A stretch of 64,000 nt of DNA from Epithemia pelagica (lineage: Eukaryota > Protista > Bacillariophyta). Shown here one piece after another: positions 22,800 to 35,177 of the stretch (within the stretch, counting starts at the first letter, position 1; each line of letters opens with the position of its first letter). The DNA lies in assembly GCA_946965045.2 (NCBI GenBank), contig OX337231.1, forward strand, positions 3,720,001 to 3,784,000, read 5' to 3'. Made by a program: the position numbers and the translations under genes. Under the pieces are notes generated by a model. It saw only the letters and a list, made by a program, of their open reading frames with translations, was not told the origin of the DNA and did not search any database.

Positions 22800-23943
22800 G
22801 GTGTGGAATGGTGGTCTCACGCTCTCTCGTGTTGTTGTGTGCCCTTTTCTTCTCTATGGTTTTAGCACGTGTGTTTGTTTTGGAGAGAGCGAGTGTTGTT
22901 TTCTTTGGGGAGACAAAAAGTCCACAGAGATGACTGCAAGTTGCAGCGCTTGTAAACTTTGCGTGCAGAGACGTTGAGATCTCCGGTGTGTGCAGTTTTC
23001 TCCAAGCTGCATCCAGCGAAATCCAACTTCCGAAGAAAAACGTGCCACTATCGTCCATAAAGTAGTCACCATCTGTCTGTATGAAGTAAACAGATGTTAC
23101 GGAACCGCACTGGTTGAAGAGAACCCCAGATTCCTCTACGGCTTGCACTATGAGTAAAACAGTACCCATCGATACTTGGTACAATACGACAGAAAAGGAG
23201 GAGATCCTTCCGGTTCCTTCGGTTCGTCCGAGATCCGGACATTCCCCCTTCCCCATCGACAAAAACTACTTCCTGCACTTTTACGCAGTACGAAGAGTGC
23301 TTGCCAATTCGCGCACGATTGTCCCATTGCGGTGGATCTCGATGGGTGCTTTTCGTCGGTATATTACAAGAGGAAGGGCCATTGTGAATAATAGCTCGGA
23401 TTTCGTATCCGGTGATGGATGGACTGGTCCAAGGAGAACCACGAACGAGTGCGACTCAAGTGCGGGGCTGGCCCCCCGAAACAGACACCGTCTGATCCAG
23501 ATAGCAAGGATAGCGAACCTTGGAAAGTGTCATGATCTAAACGGAGTACGAGTAGTCTACTCTCTACTCCACATATTTCGATTATCGAATATCGAATAGC
23601 CACACGGAGTAGGAGACGTGAACGACACATGGAAGCATCACGAATTCTCAAACAGTGTAAGGACCAATTGAGACTTTGAGGAGAAAGCTTATTGTCGCCT
23701 ACAGTGTCAACAAAGAAAACAACAGCTGAGGGCGCGGTGCCCTCGAGAACGACTGTCTACTTGTTGCCAATCTGCTGCTGGCAGCATGCATAGAACATGA
23801 GCCACCACAAGGGCCTTCTTCTCGGTGTGGATGGGTGAGAGACCTGACCGCGACGGCCCTTATTATTTGCTCTGCTATAGAGTGTCAATACTTGTCCGCA
23901 ATCTTTGGAGTCGATCCGTCGTATCCAAACAATCTCTTCTTGT

Positions 23944-24015
23944 TCATCATCATCATCATCTTCTTCTTCTTCTTCTTCTTCTTCTTCTTCTTCTTCTTCT
24001 TCTTCTTCTTCTTCT
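23944..24015. repeat. (TCA)n(TCT)n microsatellite
   Basis: Seen directly in sequence. Confidence 0.95.
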
Positions 24016-24399
24016 GCTTCTATTTGATGCAAGAAATCTTAACGAGAGTAACCGTGTTGGATCAAGACCACCACCCAAGATACGTGTTGTTGGGAGCCGC
24101 TATCGCTTCTTGTCTCTTGGACGGCAACGTTTCATGAACTAAAAGTGCCGAGAGTACACAGGAACCTACGCCAAAGGCTCATCATTCTGACTCTAGCGTC
24201 CTTGTTGAAAGTCTACGTGAAACAGAGGAAATGAAGATTCAAGGTGTTGGATTTCGGCTGCTCCTTCGCTTCACTGAGATGCTTGAATCTCCCGCTGCTG
24301 CTACCGGATGCCTCTCCAGTTACCCCTCCGGCATTCCCCGAGCTCTTTGGTATGAACTCGTTCCCGAGCTGTGGGGCAACGGATTCAAGTTGCAAAACC

Positions 24400-24530
24400 C
24401 TTTCGTACCCCACCCTTCCAGCAGAAATCTAGAGATATGCCTTGTTTATGATGATGCTATAGCGCTATAGCATCATCATAAGCAAGGCACATCTCCAGAT
24501 TTCCTGCGGGAAGCGTGGAGTAGGAAAGGC
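24400..24530. repeat. Zero-spacer palindrome (fold-back); perfect core 24446-24481
   Basis: TTATGATGATGCTATAGC|GCTATAGCATCATCATAA centred at 24463/24464. Arms continue with mismatches for ~60 bp or more. Confidence 0.92.
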
Positions 24531-27092
24531 AACTTCCATGTCTACAACTGGTGCTGAATCCCTGCGTCGAGTTTCGTTGCGGGCTGCAGCTCAAAACATT
24601 GCGGATCCTATTCATGCTACTTCTCCTGATGCATAATTTATAGATGTTATCCGCTCCTGTGTCCTTCAAGGCATGTCGTCTTCAAGGATGCAGGAGATGA
24701 TTACGTTTATAAATTTTACATCAGAAGTTGACACCACAGACCCTGTTGCATGGACTAACGCCATCAACAGTCTCCCTCCTCCTTCTTTTGGCGGTGGTGA
24801 TCCCAGACGCTCACTGGAGCATTCGTCCTGAACACTGGATCCTCTGTGATCCTGATGGTGAGGTACTCATGTTTTCGGTTGCTCCCTCAGGCCCGTACGG
24901 TTTCTGATGACGGCTTGGCATCCATATGGACCACTTCTATCTCTGCAATTGACCCCCTCGCCCATGCTATGTCTGTTACCCAATGACCTGAAGCAAACAA
25001 AGAATATGAGTGGTATACACGTAAGACAAGATTCGGCACGTCACCGCGATGGTAGTCGACGGAACCAATCATCGAGGTACTCGTTGCACACCAATCGAAA
25101 GCATGTACAAGATGCAAGGATACAAGAAGTCGACAGAGTTTTGTTTCATGACTCCAACCATCCGTCGACTCGGTCCGTACCAATCGAATCGATAAAAGCG
25201 GATAAACACAAGCAAGAATCACATTGCGTTGACTCGGTTTTCTCACGAGGAAGCAGAATCACCTTTGACATGAATGTGCAAACAAGTTTTGCGTATTGCC
25301 GGTACCATACCTGACTGGTTGTTTGGGTCGACGAGTGCGGGTTTCTCTCTGCTTGGTCTGGTTGCTTTCTAGGTGAAGCGGCAACTGACCATCGATCTCA
25401 TGCCTCCAACCCACTGTCTTCCTCTGGTTCAAGTGCCCACTGAATCTTGACTCAATTTTTGGCATGGTGATAGCTTTCTTCTCGATTCATGTTGCGAGGC
25501 GATGATTGCGGATGGACACAATTTGACCTTTGATGGGGCACGAAACCTTGGCATGTATATTTGGTTTTTGAATGTGAGTTTCTCTTTTCTTTTTCCACTT
25601 TGGGTGCCTTTCTGCTTGTGTGCCATTTACCGATACACCATACTTGTATTGCTTCCTTTCACCCTGCTGCATTGACCATTTGAATGGACACCACGTTTTG
25701 AAACGACTGGAGAGCGGAGCCGACAACAACCCCTCTTGTTTGCGTTTCCAGCTGCACTTGTACATTGTACAGGCCATGCGCATTGAAGTGTCTTGCGTGG
25801 CAGTGGCTAGTTCGAACTTGGAGATAACGAGGCGAGAGGGAAGAAACAACACTTTTGCCACTGCTTCTCTCCGTGGAACACCTGTCGCATATGGACTCAA
25901 TTTATGGCATCAAGTTGGTCTTACGGTCCGATTATTGTTCCACTACATATTGCCACGGCTCAATAGGCACTTGATGATGCGGGAAAAGGCAGAGTAATCA
26001 ATTCAGACAACTGAAAAGGCAGCAGTGCCACAAAGGAACAGGAGCAAAGCTCTCAACAGGAACCTTACAAGGGAAACAAAAACAAAGACGAACATGCGGA
26101 ATTCCTCGTTTGGGGGCAGTAAGAACGTCGAATTGCAGCCAAGAGACAATGGTATCCAGAAGAAGAATTCATGGAAGTGCATTGCTTCTCTTGCTTGAGC
26201 ACGAACCTGCTTGATTGAGTCAATCCTTGGCATTAAGAGTTATTGGATAGCCAACATGATCATGCACCATGAGAGATGGACACTCTATGCCTTGAGATGG
26301 ACACTCTGTTCACCTTCGGCCTCGAACTCTCTTGTTGCCTTGACATGGCGTGGGAACTCACATTTCACGCCTTATTCGGCCCTCTGGTTCTAATTCATGT
26401 GGCCCTTACCCGTCCACCAAGGCATGCAATGACACAGACAGTCGAGCCCCAACCACTGCGTTCCAGTTGTATTGGCGCATGAATCTAATCATGAACTATG
26501 ATCTTTGATCCATACGAGTGACAACGGACAACCTACCTCCGCCTTCCGCTTATCCATTCTCCTCTTCCTCTATTATCGAGACACCTCAGCGATTTCTGGT
26601 CAGCATCACGTCGTTGACGACTTTTTGAGACACTTGGAGGATGACGACATCGAGGTATATCTCTACTAGCAGAAACAATATGACGGGGGAATTGGAAGGT
26701 GGAGGATTCTCTAGGGAGAATGGAAAATGGAAACGTAGCTATCCCCCCGCGCTGTACCCCACGACGGATTTAGGGTTAGATCTAGCGTACTACTCGGAAC
26801 GGCGTTACCTATCAACCAAAAAAAATAAGAAAAGTGACTGGACTGGACGGAGAAGAACAAGGAGGACATACACGAGATATCCGAATCCGAAATACGAAAT
26901 ATAGCCAAAAGATCCAAATCCAATTTTCAAGCCGGACAAGATTCATGCAATCTTTTACGCCGTTTACCAATGGTTCATGTCTCATCCGTGCCTTGATTAA
27001 GCAGATTTCAGTGTATTTCCTTCTAGATTTTACAACGAAAGGACACACAATTGCCAGTGAATGCATACACGACCGACAAGAGGTAACACACC

Positions 27093-28295
27093 ATGAACTT
27101 GATCAAGGAAAGACCCAGATCCGCAGATGTTCTTTTGGGCCGAGGAAAAGGATCGTACGAGCACAAGGGAAATAAGGCCTACATGGATATTTTATCCTCA
27201 TATTTGCCTGCCTATGAAGCTGCTACCAAGAACAAGGTAGGTCAACCGTTGGACGTCCAGGTTTGTGCCAGCGTGTCTGGCCCTATATGATTGTTCAAAC
27301 TCATTAATTGGCATGTGTATTGAAAATCGGTTGGAACATACAGCACAAAATCCAAATCACAGAGGAAATCGTGGCGCGTGTGAAAAAGGAGGGAGGCAGA
27401 TTTTTGGGCATTGATAAAAAAGAGATTTATGAGGTTTCTGATGGGGAAGCGCGAATCAAGGTCTCGCAGGTAAGAATATCCATGTCTGACGCTAAGCTTG
27501 TCTCAAACTTGTTGTGAGGTACAATGAAGTCCTTCTTGTGAAGGCTTAAAATACTTTGATACGATCTAACTGGTTTTCCTCCGTTTCTGGCTTCCAATTA
27601 TCTGAAAATGAACACTTTAGGCTTTGCGACACCGGCGATATATGTTGAATCGACAGAAAGGGGGTCATGTTGGCGTGAATGAAGAAGACTGTTCTGGAGT
27701 CTCGTCCGCAAGTTCATGCTCGGAGGGTGAGAGTGGCCAGAAGGAAGAAGAAACGATACATGTATTCGAACCGAGTGTGGAAGGAAAACTGCCGTCTTCA
27801 CTGGTGGCAGCGATGCGCTATCTTCTCCAAGAACCGGTATCTTGTCACCGATCTTGTTCACTGGAGGCCGCGCAGCGTTTTCAAGTCCAAGAACCAAGTT
27901 CATGCTCGGAGGGTGAGAGTGGCCAGAAGGAAGAAGAAACGATACATGTATTCGAACCGAGTGTGGAAGGAAAACCACCGTCTTCACTGGTGGCAGCGAT
28001 ATGCTATCTTCTCCAAGAACCGGTATCTTGTCGCAGAAGTGAGCGGGGATCTGGTCATTCCACGAGCGGGGATCAAACTAGAATGATTCACGGAGAACAC
28101 GAGAGCCTACTTTTGGGGAAGGAAGAAGTCTCGAGGCACAATACAACATATCAGGAGATTCAAACAGGAGACCATGACGATGACCGCGGTGGCAATGGGG
28201 AATGCGCGTTTGACGACGTTTCTGCCTTTTCCGATTTTCTCGATGTTGGGGACCATGAGGACAGTGACTTTGTGGACCTAGTCAACTCATTGTAA
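27093..28295 (+). CDS. DUF6824-domain protein (paralog E), 3 exons; introns 27237-27343 and 27470-27620
   Basis: DVLLGRGKGSYEHKGNKAY...TKNK|HKIQITEEIV...GGRFL..EARIKVSQ|ALRHRR. Both introns are GT-AG and phase 0. Confidence 0.87.
27709..28032 (+). repeat. Intragenic tandem duplication, period 186 bp (62 aa)
   Basis: CAAGTTCATGCTCGGAGGGTGAGAGTGG...CCGGTATCTTGTC at 27709-27846 and 27895-28032; reading frame preserved. Confidence 0.93.
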
Positions 28296-29215
28296 CATTA
28301 TGTACGCTGTTGATTGGTTAGAATAGGGACCTTATCGAATCCGGTGTCCTTTCTTTTCGGTCCTCCTAGGTGGCGCCCCTTTATTCTGCCGGGTAGACTA
28401 TTCATCGAAATTTGTGGGGTCGATGATCGGATTGGTGTATTTTCCCCTCATATTTTTCTCTTGGTCTGGTTAGTCCGGTGTCTGTGGGCCCGTCTGTCCG
28501 ACTGATAAATGTTTATTTCCCCCAGCAAAATCAAGAGAAAAAGGCTATAATATTGAGTATTCTCTGATTCAATAATCAATAACTTTAAAAGTCCGTGTCT
28601 TTCTTAAATGAAATGAAGAGTTAACAAAACTCATTCACATACGACAGTTTCTTTTCATATGCCCTTTACCCCTTCTAATTTATTATAGTACACTACTCTT
28701 CGACAATAACTTTCCAGTTGGACGAACATCCATGCTCCATGCGTGACATTCTCAATTCTCACAGCCAACAGCCAACTTGCTCCACCGTCCACCGTCCACC
28801 GTCCACCGTACATCAGTTGTTGTTGATCTCCTGTGCTGTTCATTGTCACTATGCAACAGAGACGAGGGCGATTGTCCAAATTGAGATGCCACCGAGCCAC
28901 CAGATCGTGTTGTTGTCCAGGATCAATGTAGGACCAAGAGCCTGGGAACTCCATCAAGAGAAGGTACTTTACAAGAGAGAACAAGAACGTTCACTCGCAT
29001 TCTCATCCCTCCACACAACAACAAGGTGTGTGAGATGCAACCCAAGGTCATCTCGGCCAAAAGTGTGTCACTGATTTTTGCGTGATCACACAAGGACCTG
29101 AAACGAGAAAACCTTGATTTGCTCACAAGAGCTGCCCACAAAAAAAATCGATCACAGATCAACAAAGAACTTGGTTCTCATTGGGAAAACTGAACATCAT
29201 ATACATCAAGAAACA

Positions 29216-30211
29216 ATGGAAAGGAGAGTTCCAATACATTCGACAGGTTTGCCTTGTTCCGCCACTTCTCACAGCACTCCATCAAGCTCCATGGAAGCGT
29301 CTACTACTTCTTCATCATCTTCGTCTCCTCGTTTGCTGGTATTTCCTCATGAACAGGATGTTTTGTTGGGGCGAGGCAAGGGTTCCTATGAGTGGAATGG
29401 CAACCGAGCCTTTGCTCGACTGGTATCGTCTCATGTTCTTGTGTACGAAGCGGCCACGGGGAACAAGCACAAAATCCAAATTACGCAAAACATTGTGGCG
29501 CTGGTACAACAGATGGGAGGGCGATTCTTGAAACAAGTCCAGCCAGGAACAAGAATGCCAAGCGACCACGACGACACCAACATCAACAGTACGACTAGTG
29601 ACCTTCCTTGTTGCGAAATTGTTTCCGATACCGAAGCTCGGCGCAAGGTTTCGCAGGTACGACCAATGTTGCCATCTATTCTCTTGTTTTGTTTCACGAA
29701 CTCATTCTTTTGCTTTGCAAACTTTTTATGACAGGCGTTGCGGCACCGAAGGCGCTTGGTTCCACAAAGCGAGCGAAGAAAACACCAACAAACCAACCGC
29801 CGCCAACGAAGAACCACCAGAACTCCACAAGAAGGTCCTCGTTCTGCGTCGCAACGACACGAAGGGACTTCTCGTCCTCGGAATCATCCAGACACTCACG
29901 CGGATATTGTGTCTCAAGAACCGAATGGCGTCCACACGAGCAGTCACGACCATGCGGCGGCATCCACGGGAACAGCAGCAGCAGCAGCTCCAACCGTCCT
30001 AATTGGTCAACTTCCACCCCTGGAACAAGAATATTATTCTCCCATTGATTCCGACAATGTCTTGTCCGACTTTTCCTTGGTGGAACCCAGTGATGAAGAT
30101 GAGGCTTCCTGGATGGGCGACGACGAACACGACACGGAGGATGATTCCGCACCACCACCATTTTCATGTCCCTCCGAACCTTCCAGCACGGTACAAGGAG
30201 TTGAAATGTAA
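29216..30211 (+). CDS. DUF6824-domain protein (paralog F), 2 exons; intron 29657-29734
   Basis: PHEQDVLLGRGKGSYEWNGN...GGRFL...SDTEARRKVSQ|ALRHRRR. GTACGA donor, CAG acceptor. Confidence 0.87.
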
Positions 30212-30318
30212 CAGACAACAACCTCTATAGAACCTACTCCTACAATACGAATAATATAAAGTACACGATAGAAAAGTCATGGAAACCTTGATCCAGTGTG
30301 CCTCGAACTTACGTTGGA

Positions 30319-30421
30319 GAGGATGGACTTTTGCACCTCCAGGGTAGGAGAACGAGGATGGACTTTTGCACCTCCAATGTAGGGTTCGGTAGGAGAAGGA
30401 AGATGGCCTTTTGCACCTCCA
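30319..30421 (+). repeat. Three imperfect direct repeats of GATGG(A/C)CTTTTGCACCTCCA
   Basis: Copies at ~30319, 30354 and 30400, with related GGTAGGAGAA spacers. Confidence 0.85.
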
Positions 30422-30913
30422 TCGCAGCAACGAACCTCCATCCACCAATCAAGAGAGTTCATGACAGGCCTTGCTCCCTCGGGATCACAATCACACAATC
30501 ATCCCGATGGATGGGTAACTCCCACCACACTACCTACTTGATTTTCTCTAGGAGTACCTAGAAGTACACCATCCTCAAGTTGGACCATAAGAAAATGAGA
30601 CAATACACCCCCCAAACGAGTGCTTCTGGTCAGATGGTGGCAACCTGGGGGTAGACCGTAGACCTCCTAGAGCGTGTAGTCGGTGGATCCCGGTCATCCA
30701 GTCCAAGGCGAATCCAATGGCTATGGGCTATACGGCATGGGGGAATGGGCAATAGTGCCATGGGGGATCGGCTTGTTCAGCCTGAGCGCTTTCTCATGGG
30801 GGAGGTTACCATTCATTTAACTTTAACGTCACTGGAGTTTGGAGTTCCATCCAAATCTCGCAGACACTTTTTGTCCTTAACTAATACTTCTACCTCCATA
30901 ATAACCAAAAGAA

Positions 30914-31385
30914 CAGGGTGACCGGAGTCTAATTATACCCTCACTTTTAGACCCGGTCTAAAAGGGTATAATTATTTTAGACAGAGGTCGAGTCTAAAAT
31001 AAAATTCTTAGACTCTTAACCTTAACCCTTCAGTAGCGCCGCGACCACTGTGTGAGTACGAGACCGTTCTGCCTCATTCCTCTCAATGCCATCTCAATGA
31101 ACAAAGTAAGGTCTCAGTGATCCTCTCTCATGCTTAGAGAGTGCAAGAACAATGTCATCCATACCTTCCAACAACTTAGATGATGAAGCTATGAGGTCCT
31201 CGGATGTGTTGTCATAGACAATGCTCGCTCATAGTAGCTGGCTGTCTAGGGTTAGGGTTATTGCTTCACCGTACAAAACCACGGAGAGATTTTAGACCCT
31301 GTTTTAGACATTTTATACAGTCTAAAAGTCGTTTTAGATTTATTTTAGACCCGAAATATTTTAGACTGTCTAAACGGTCACCCTG
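30914..31385. mobile_element. hAT-like MITE, 472 bp
   Basis: 11-bp TIRs CAGGGTGACCG / CGGTCACCCTG. Flanking AAAAGAA on both sides (30907-30913, 31386-31392). About 12 subterminal TTTTAGAC/GTCTAAAA motifs. Confidence 0.85.
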
Positions 31386-31679
31386 AAAAGAAGTCATGAG
31401 TAAACTGTACTCGTAAACTGATTTCTGATTTTTTGATGATTGATGATTGATGATCTCAAAGCTCAATAGAAAAATATAGGCTAGGAAGCCAAGCTTTGTG
31501 TCTGTTTCGAAGTTGTTCCTCACAGTCCACAGAAGAAGCAGCAGCAGCAGCCGCAAACATCCCTTGTGCCTGCCAACCGAGCATGCAGCAATGTCCATGG
31601 TAAACAAGCCCTTGTAATAGTACCAGAGCAATTCGCAAACTAGGTAGTCCAATTCCATCCCGAACAAACAAACAGTAGA

Positions 31680-33392
31680 ATGAATGGTTCCCTTGTCGAG
31701 ACCGCCGCCACCAGTTCTACAAATACCTGTACCAAACCCCGACCCTTGGCCTATCCTCCGACAGAGGCCGATGTGTTTTTGGGTCGAGGCAAGGGTTCCT
31801 ATGGTCGTCAAGGCAATCTCTTGTATACCAGTATTATTCGATCGCACGTGACTATGTACATGAAGCTGACCAAGAATCAGGACAAAATCCGTCTCACCCA
31901 ACAAATTGTCGAATTGGTCAAGACCAAGGGATGTCGCTTTTTGCGACGCGCCGAAGCAACATCCGTAGGGAAAGGTGCGGCAAAACGTTCGGGTTCAAGT
32001 AAGGAAGAAGAAGAGGGCGAAGAAGAAGAGGAGGAGGAAGAGGGAGAATTGTACGAAGTCTCGGATGTCGAAGCGAGACTCAAAGTGGCACAGGTAGGTT
32101 GAGTGGGCAGAGTTTTTTTTTCTCATCTCTCCTGCAATAGGTACAGCCGAAAATTCAAAAACGTGACTCACGTGTTCCATTTCCAATGTACATTCTATAA
32201 TGATTACCTCTACTAGGCACTTCGTCATCGGCGAGGACTGATTTTGCGAGAGCAACGGCGACAAGCAGCACGGCCAACTGGGAGAGCAACAGCAGCAACT
32301 CCCACCCAGCGAGGAGGACGACAACGTTCGTCCTCCAGCACGAAGAAGAAGAAAGGACGCAGCGCTTCTTCCAGCAAACGGCGAACCACCACAAAACAAA
32401 GTCCGGTGAATCCACAGACAATGGTGTCACCACAACCAGAGGAAACTATCAAGACCCCTCCAGCTGCAGCAGCAGCACTAGTAGAAAGTCTTCCTGCCGT
32501 TGCAAGGCTTCTCCACCAAGACTCGGACTCCCGGGTGGGAGTGTGGTCCGTTGCTTCGGATCCAGGCAGCAGACGGACCAACGAGCATCGTCTTGATGTG
32601 CCACACCAGCAACCAGAACACCAAGACAAGAATCTTGCCGAACCTCTGGCGTGGAGCCGTTCTTGGACCAGCCATCACCATGGCAACCACAATGGCATGG
32701 CCGATTCCTACAACCACCACCCCTCGCTGCCGCTACTGGATGCATCCGTGGCATCCTTGGTGGCGGCCATGTTTCCATCTCACCACCAACAACAACAAGA
32801 CACGATCCTGTTTCGAAATGAACCCTGCGGAACGGGAGCCACACGAAGCATGGAACATTCCCTGTGGATGGACCCTTCTTTGGGTCGTGTTGCGCACCAC
32901 GAGCAGGTTGGTACCATGCTGGACGCCCATCGTTACCGGCATGACCACCAACAACCACCACTCAAAACAAACCCACAAGAGGATAACGATGCAGACGAGC
33001 ACTTGGAGTTGGCTTCCTTGTCCACCATGAGCAGTACCGGAATCTTTGCGGAAGATGCACATGCCATGGAAGAGGAGGAGGAGGAAGACACTACGACTAC
33101 TATCAATGAGCATGACGTGCCGTGCAAGACCAGTACCATCGCAACGATGCGCGTTCCCGAACTACTAGGCTTTCATCATGGCCAGCAGCAGCGGCCAGAA
33201 CCATTGCAGGCCCATGCCCGAGAACAAGGATTGCAACTCGACAACAATCGCCATCATCATCAACAACAACAAGACGAAGAAGAAAGTGACTGTTGGTGGG
33301 ATCCCATTCCCTTGGCTCCAGGTGCCACGCCCGCCGCAGTGACATTGGAATCGGCCGGATGGAACGGATTGTCCAGCATGCAAGGTGTCTAA
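31680..33392 (+). CDS. DUF6824-domain protein (paralog G), 2 exons; intron 32094-32216
   Basis: PTEADVFLGRGKGSYGRQGN...GCRFL...YEVSDVEARLKVAQ|ALRHRRG. GTAGGT donor, TAG acceptor. Confidence 0.87.
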
Positions 33393-33394
33393 AT

Positions 33395-33435
33395 AGAGAG
33401 AGAGAGAGAGAGAGAGAAAGGAGAGAGAGAGAGAG
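33395..33435. repeat. (GA)n microsatellite
   Basis: Seen directly, immediately after the stop codon of paralog G. Confidence 0.95.
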
Positions 33436-33674
33436 GTTGCATGTTGACATTCGTGAACTTTTGCACTTTCAGCATGTGGCACTCTCTCGATAGACTTCTA
33501 CAGAGTCCTGTTTACAGAATATCTATCGAGTTGGCACATAGAATTCGGGTAAACTACTAGAGAGAGTACGTTACACTTAAAGCTCGGACCAATTCCAGTC
33601 CTTCTAAACACCAAACCACAATCGTTCCACCACTTGCCTCTCTTTGCGGATCTTTAGTCCGTGTGTTTCTTGCT

Positions 33675-34187
33675 TTAGTAGAACACATCAGGTTTCGTCT
33701 TGGCCTTTAATCCCTTGGGAATATCCACACCCGTCTGGTCATATTTTTCCAGGCCGGCAAACAAATTACCAATGGCCGCACCCAATTGCGGTTTCAAAAC
33801 GAGCCGTTCCATGAGTTTGCCCAAGAGTCCAAATTTGGCTTGTAGCTTCATGTCGGCAATCAAGGTGGTTTGGTGCTGCGAGTCTTGGCCCGGTACGGCA
33901 TGGAGCGTCACGACAATGGATTTGACCGGGAGACTGGCCTCCATCAAGCGAATGGTATAGGACCGGTTGGATTCATCCCAGGTTTCAATCTGTTCGGTAG
34001 CTGTATTGCCATCGTACAAATGACAGGTACGAATGGCACCCACACCACGATCCTTGTCCGGTGTCACTTGGTCGACCTTTCCCACAAGGGGATGAATGTG
34101 TTGCACATGGGCAAAGTCTCCCAAGAGTTCCCAGGCCCGATCGGGATGAACCTGGACGGTACGTTCAATATGCGCCTTGATCACCAT
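33675..34187 (-). CDS. SRPBCC / polyketide cyclase-dehydrase (START-like) family protein, bacterial type
   Basis: IERTVQVHPDRAWELLGDFAHV..IHP.V......GVGAIRTC.LYDG....E.I..WDE..RSY; KFGLLGKLME..V.KPQL....GNLFAGLE. Intronless, 170 aa from ATG 34187. Confidence 0.85.
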   Translation of the reverse strand: MVIKAHIERTVQVHPDRAWELLGDFAHVQHIHPLVGKVDQVTPDKDRGVGAIRTCHLYDGNTATEQIETWDESNRSYTIRLMEASLPVKSIVVTLHAVPGQDSQHQTTLIADMKLQAKFGLLGKLMERLVLKPQLGAAIGNLFAGLEKYDQTGVDIPKGLKAKTKPDVFY

Positions 34188-35177
34188 GGTTTGAGTCGAG
34201 TCTTTTTGGTTTCTGGTAGGATACGTGTTGTTTGTATGTGTCGCTTGACAATCCACAAGCAGTTCAATTTGTGAGACAAGTCAACGACGCAGCCCGTTTG
34301 GCTTGATAGCATTCCTGGAAGCATTTCCTTTTACGAGAACATTTTCTTTTTAGAAGATCTTTGTTATTGCTGGATCAAGTCGAACATGGTGCGCCAAGGA
34401 TGGATGTTCCTCGAAGACGTTCGTGCGACTTCATGCCGATTTGTGGTAATTTCTATCCGCAGAGATCTTTGACCGTAGTGGATCCCCATCTGGATGGCAT
34501 TCGGACAGACCGAATCTTTGGTGTCACCGCCAACCCCACCAACTGAAGATTGGACGGCGTATCAAGCCTGGCACAGATGGGTCAAACCGTCGAGTGGTGG
34601 TGGAGCAAATGCACAGAGACTCTGTTCCTTGACAACAATACGATGAGGGGAGCAACGAGGGAGCTACAACGAAGGCAGAGCCTCTACGTTATGATTCTTC
34701 GAAAGTCAATGGCATCAAAGGACCATAGTTCTTTGGAAGGGAACACTTTCCGATGGGATCGTTTAGAATGATTCGAGTCGTGTTACCCTTCGAAGAAGAT
34801 ATGGCCACATGGACACCACAATGAACTGTATAGATATAGATCATTGATGGTTCCATCGAGACTTTTCCAAACCCTTCTCTCCATGATGGATCAGCAGCAA
34901 CTCCAGAGATGCGATGTTGTTGAGATCAATGTGGTCGCGTCTGAGTCGCTTAATAGAAAGCCTATAAATGGATCGCGGATGCGTCGCCTGACAGCCGGTC
35001 AGGATCGCTACCATGACTACCCGTCAACTTGAGCGAGCAACTCCTCTCTCACAATAACATCAGGAATGCCAAGAGATCAAGCAGTGGCAGTTCCTCTTTG
35101 GTCGATCATATTGATAGGGTCGTGCCCAACAGCATTTTGGAAGGAATGCGAGGGACTTGATGGTGTTTGCCTCGTCC

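Noticed and set aside
23757-24142. Poly-Glu, poly-Phe and poly-Leu ORFs
   Set aside because: Produced by the TCT/TCA microsatellite; no supporting coding context.
30319-30421. Possible mini-CRISPR array
   Set aside because: Only three repeats, spacers are short and related to each other, no cas genes, eukaryotic context.
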